33,542 nucleotides of DNA from Octopus sinensis (Eukaryota), in NCBI RefSeq assembly GCF_006345805.1, contig NW_021831955.1, positions 1 through 33,542 on the forward strand, given 5' to 3'. Both the position numbers and the translations under genes were made by a program. Below, piece after piece: positions 33,496 through 33,542 of this stretch (position 1 is the stretch's first letter; each line of letters opens with the position of its first letter). The notes beneath the pieces were generated by a model that saw only the letters and a list, made by a program, of their open reading frames with translations, had not been told where the DNA came from and did no database searches.

Positions 33496-33542
<47 letters not shown>

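Noticed and set aside
1-33542. Most ORFs in the supplied track ([16 protein letters not shown], poly-T/S/V/L)
   Set aside because: They are translations of (TA)n, (TG)n, (GATA)n and trinucleotide microsatellites and have no coding signal.

Overview
AT-rich, microsatellite-dense eukaryotic DNA. Its SINE repertoire looks like Octopus (coleoid cephalopod); this is inferred from pattern recall, not a database search. No complete gene is visible, and almost all ORFs in the supplied track are microsatellite artefacts. 1-13.9 kb is mostly repeats: several SINE families, a decayed Penelope-like element (RT C-terminus, Cys motif, GIY-YIG endonuclease) interrupted by one arm of a near-perfect ~200-bp inverted repeat, and a few weak exon candidates. 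13.9-30.4 kb is an old, irregular tandem array of a ~3-3.5-kb unit. It carries four paralogous + strand exon candidates encoding a fast-evolving S/T/P-rich, N-glycosylation-rich segment. In three copies this is followed by a conserved, in-frame 111-nt Cys-containing extension, and there are four 28-nt microexon candidates whose phase complements the long form. The array also holds a Tc1/mariner deletion derivative with a nested SINE, two mariner elements built from two inverted 5' ends, degenerate Penelope-type hammerhead motifs, and several locally templated insertions. The last 2 kb hold a decayed ORF-like segment with a perfect 17-bp palindrome and a candidate 51-nt symmetric exon. All alignments and counts were done by eye and need computational confirmation.
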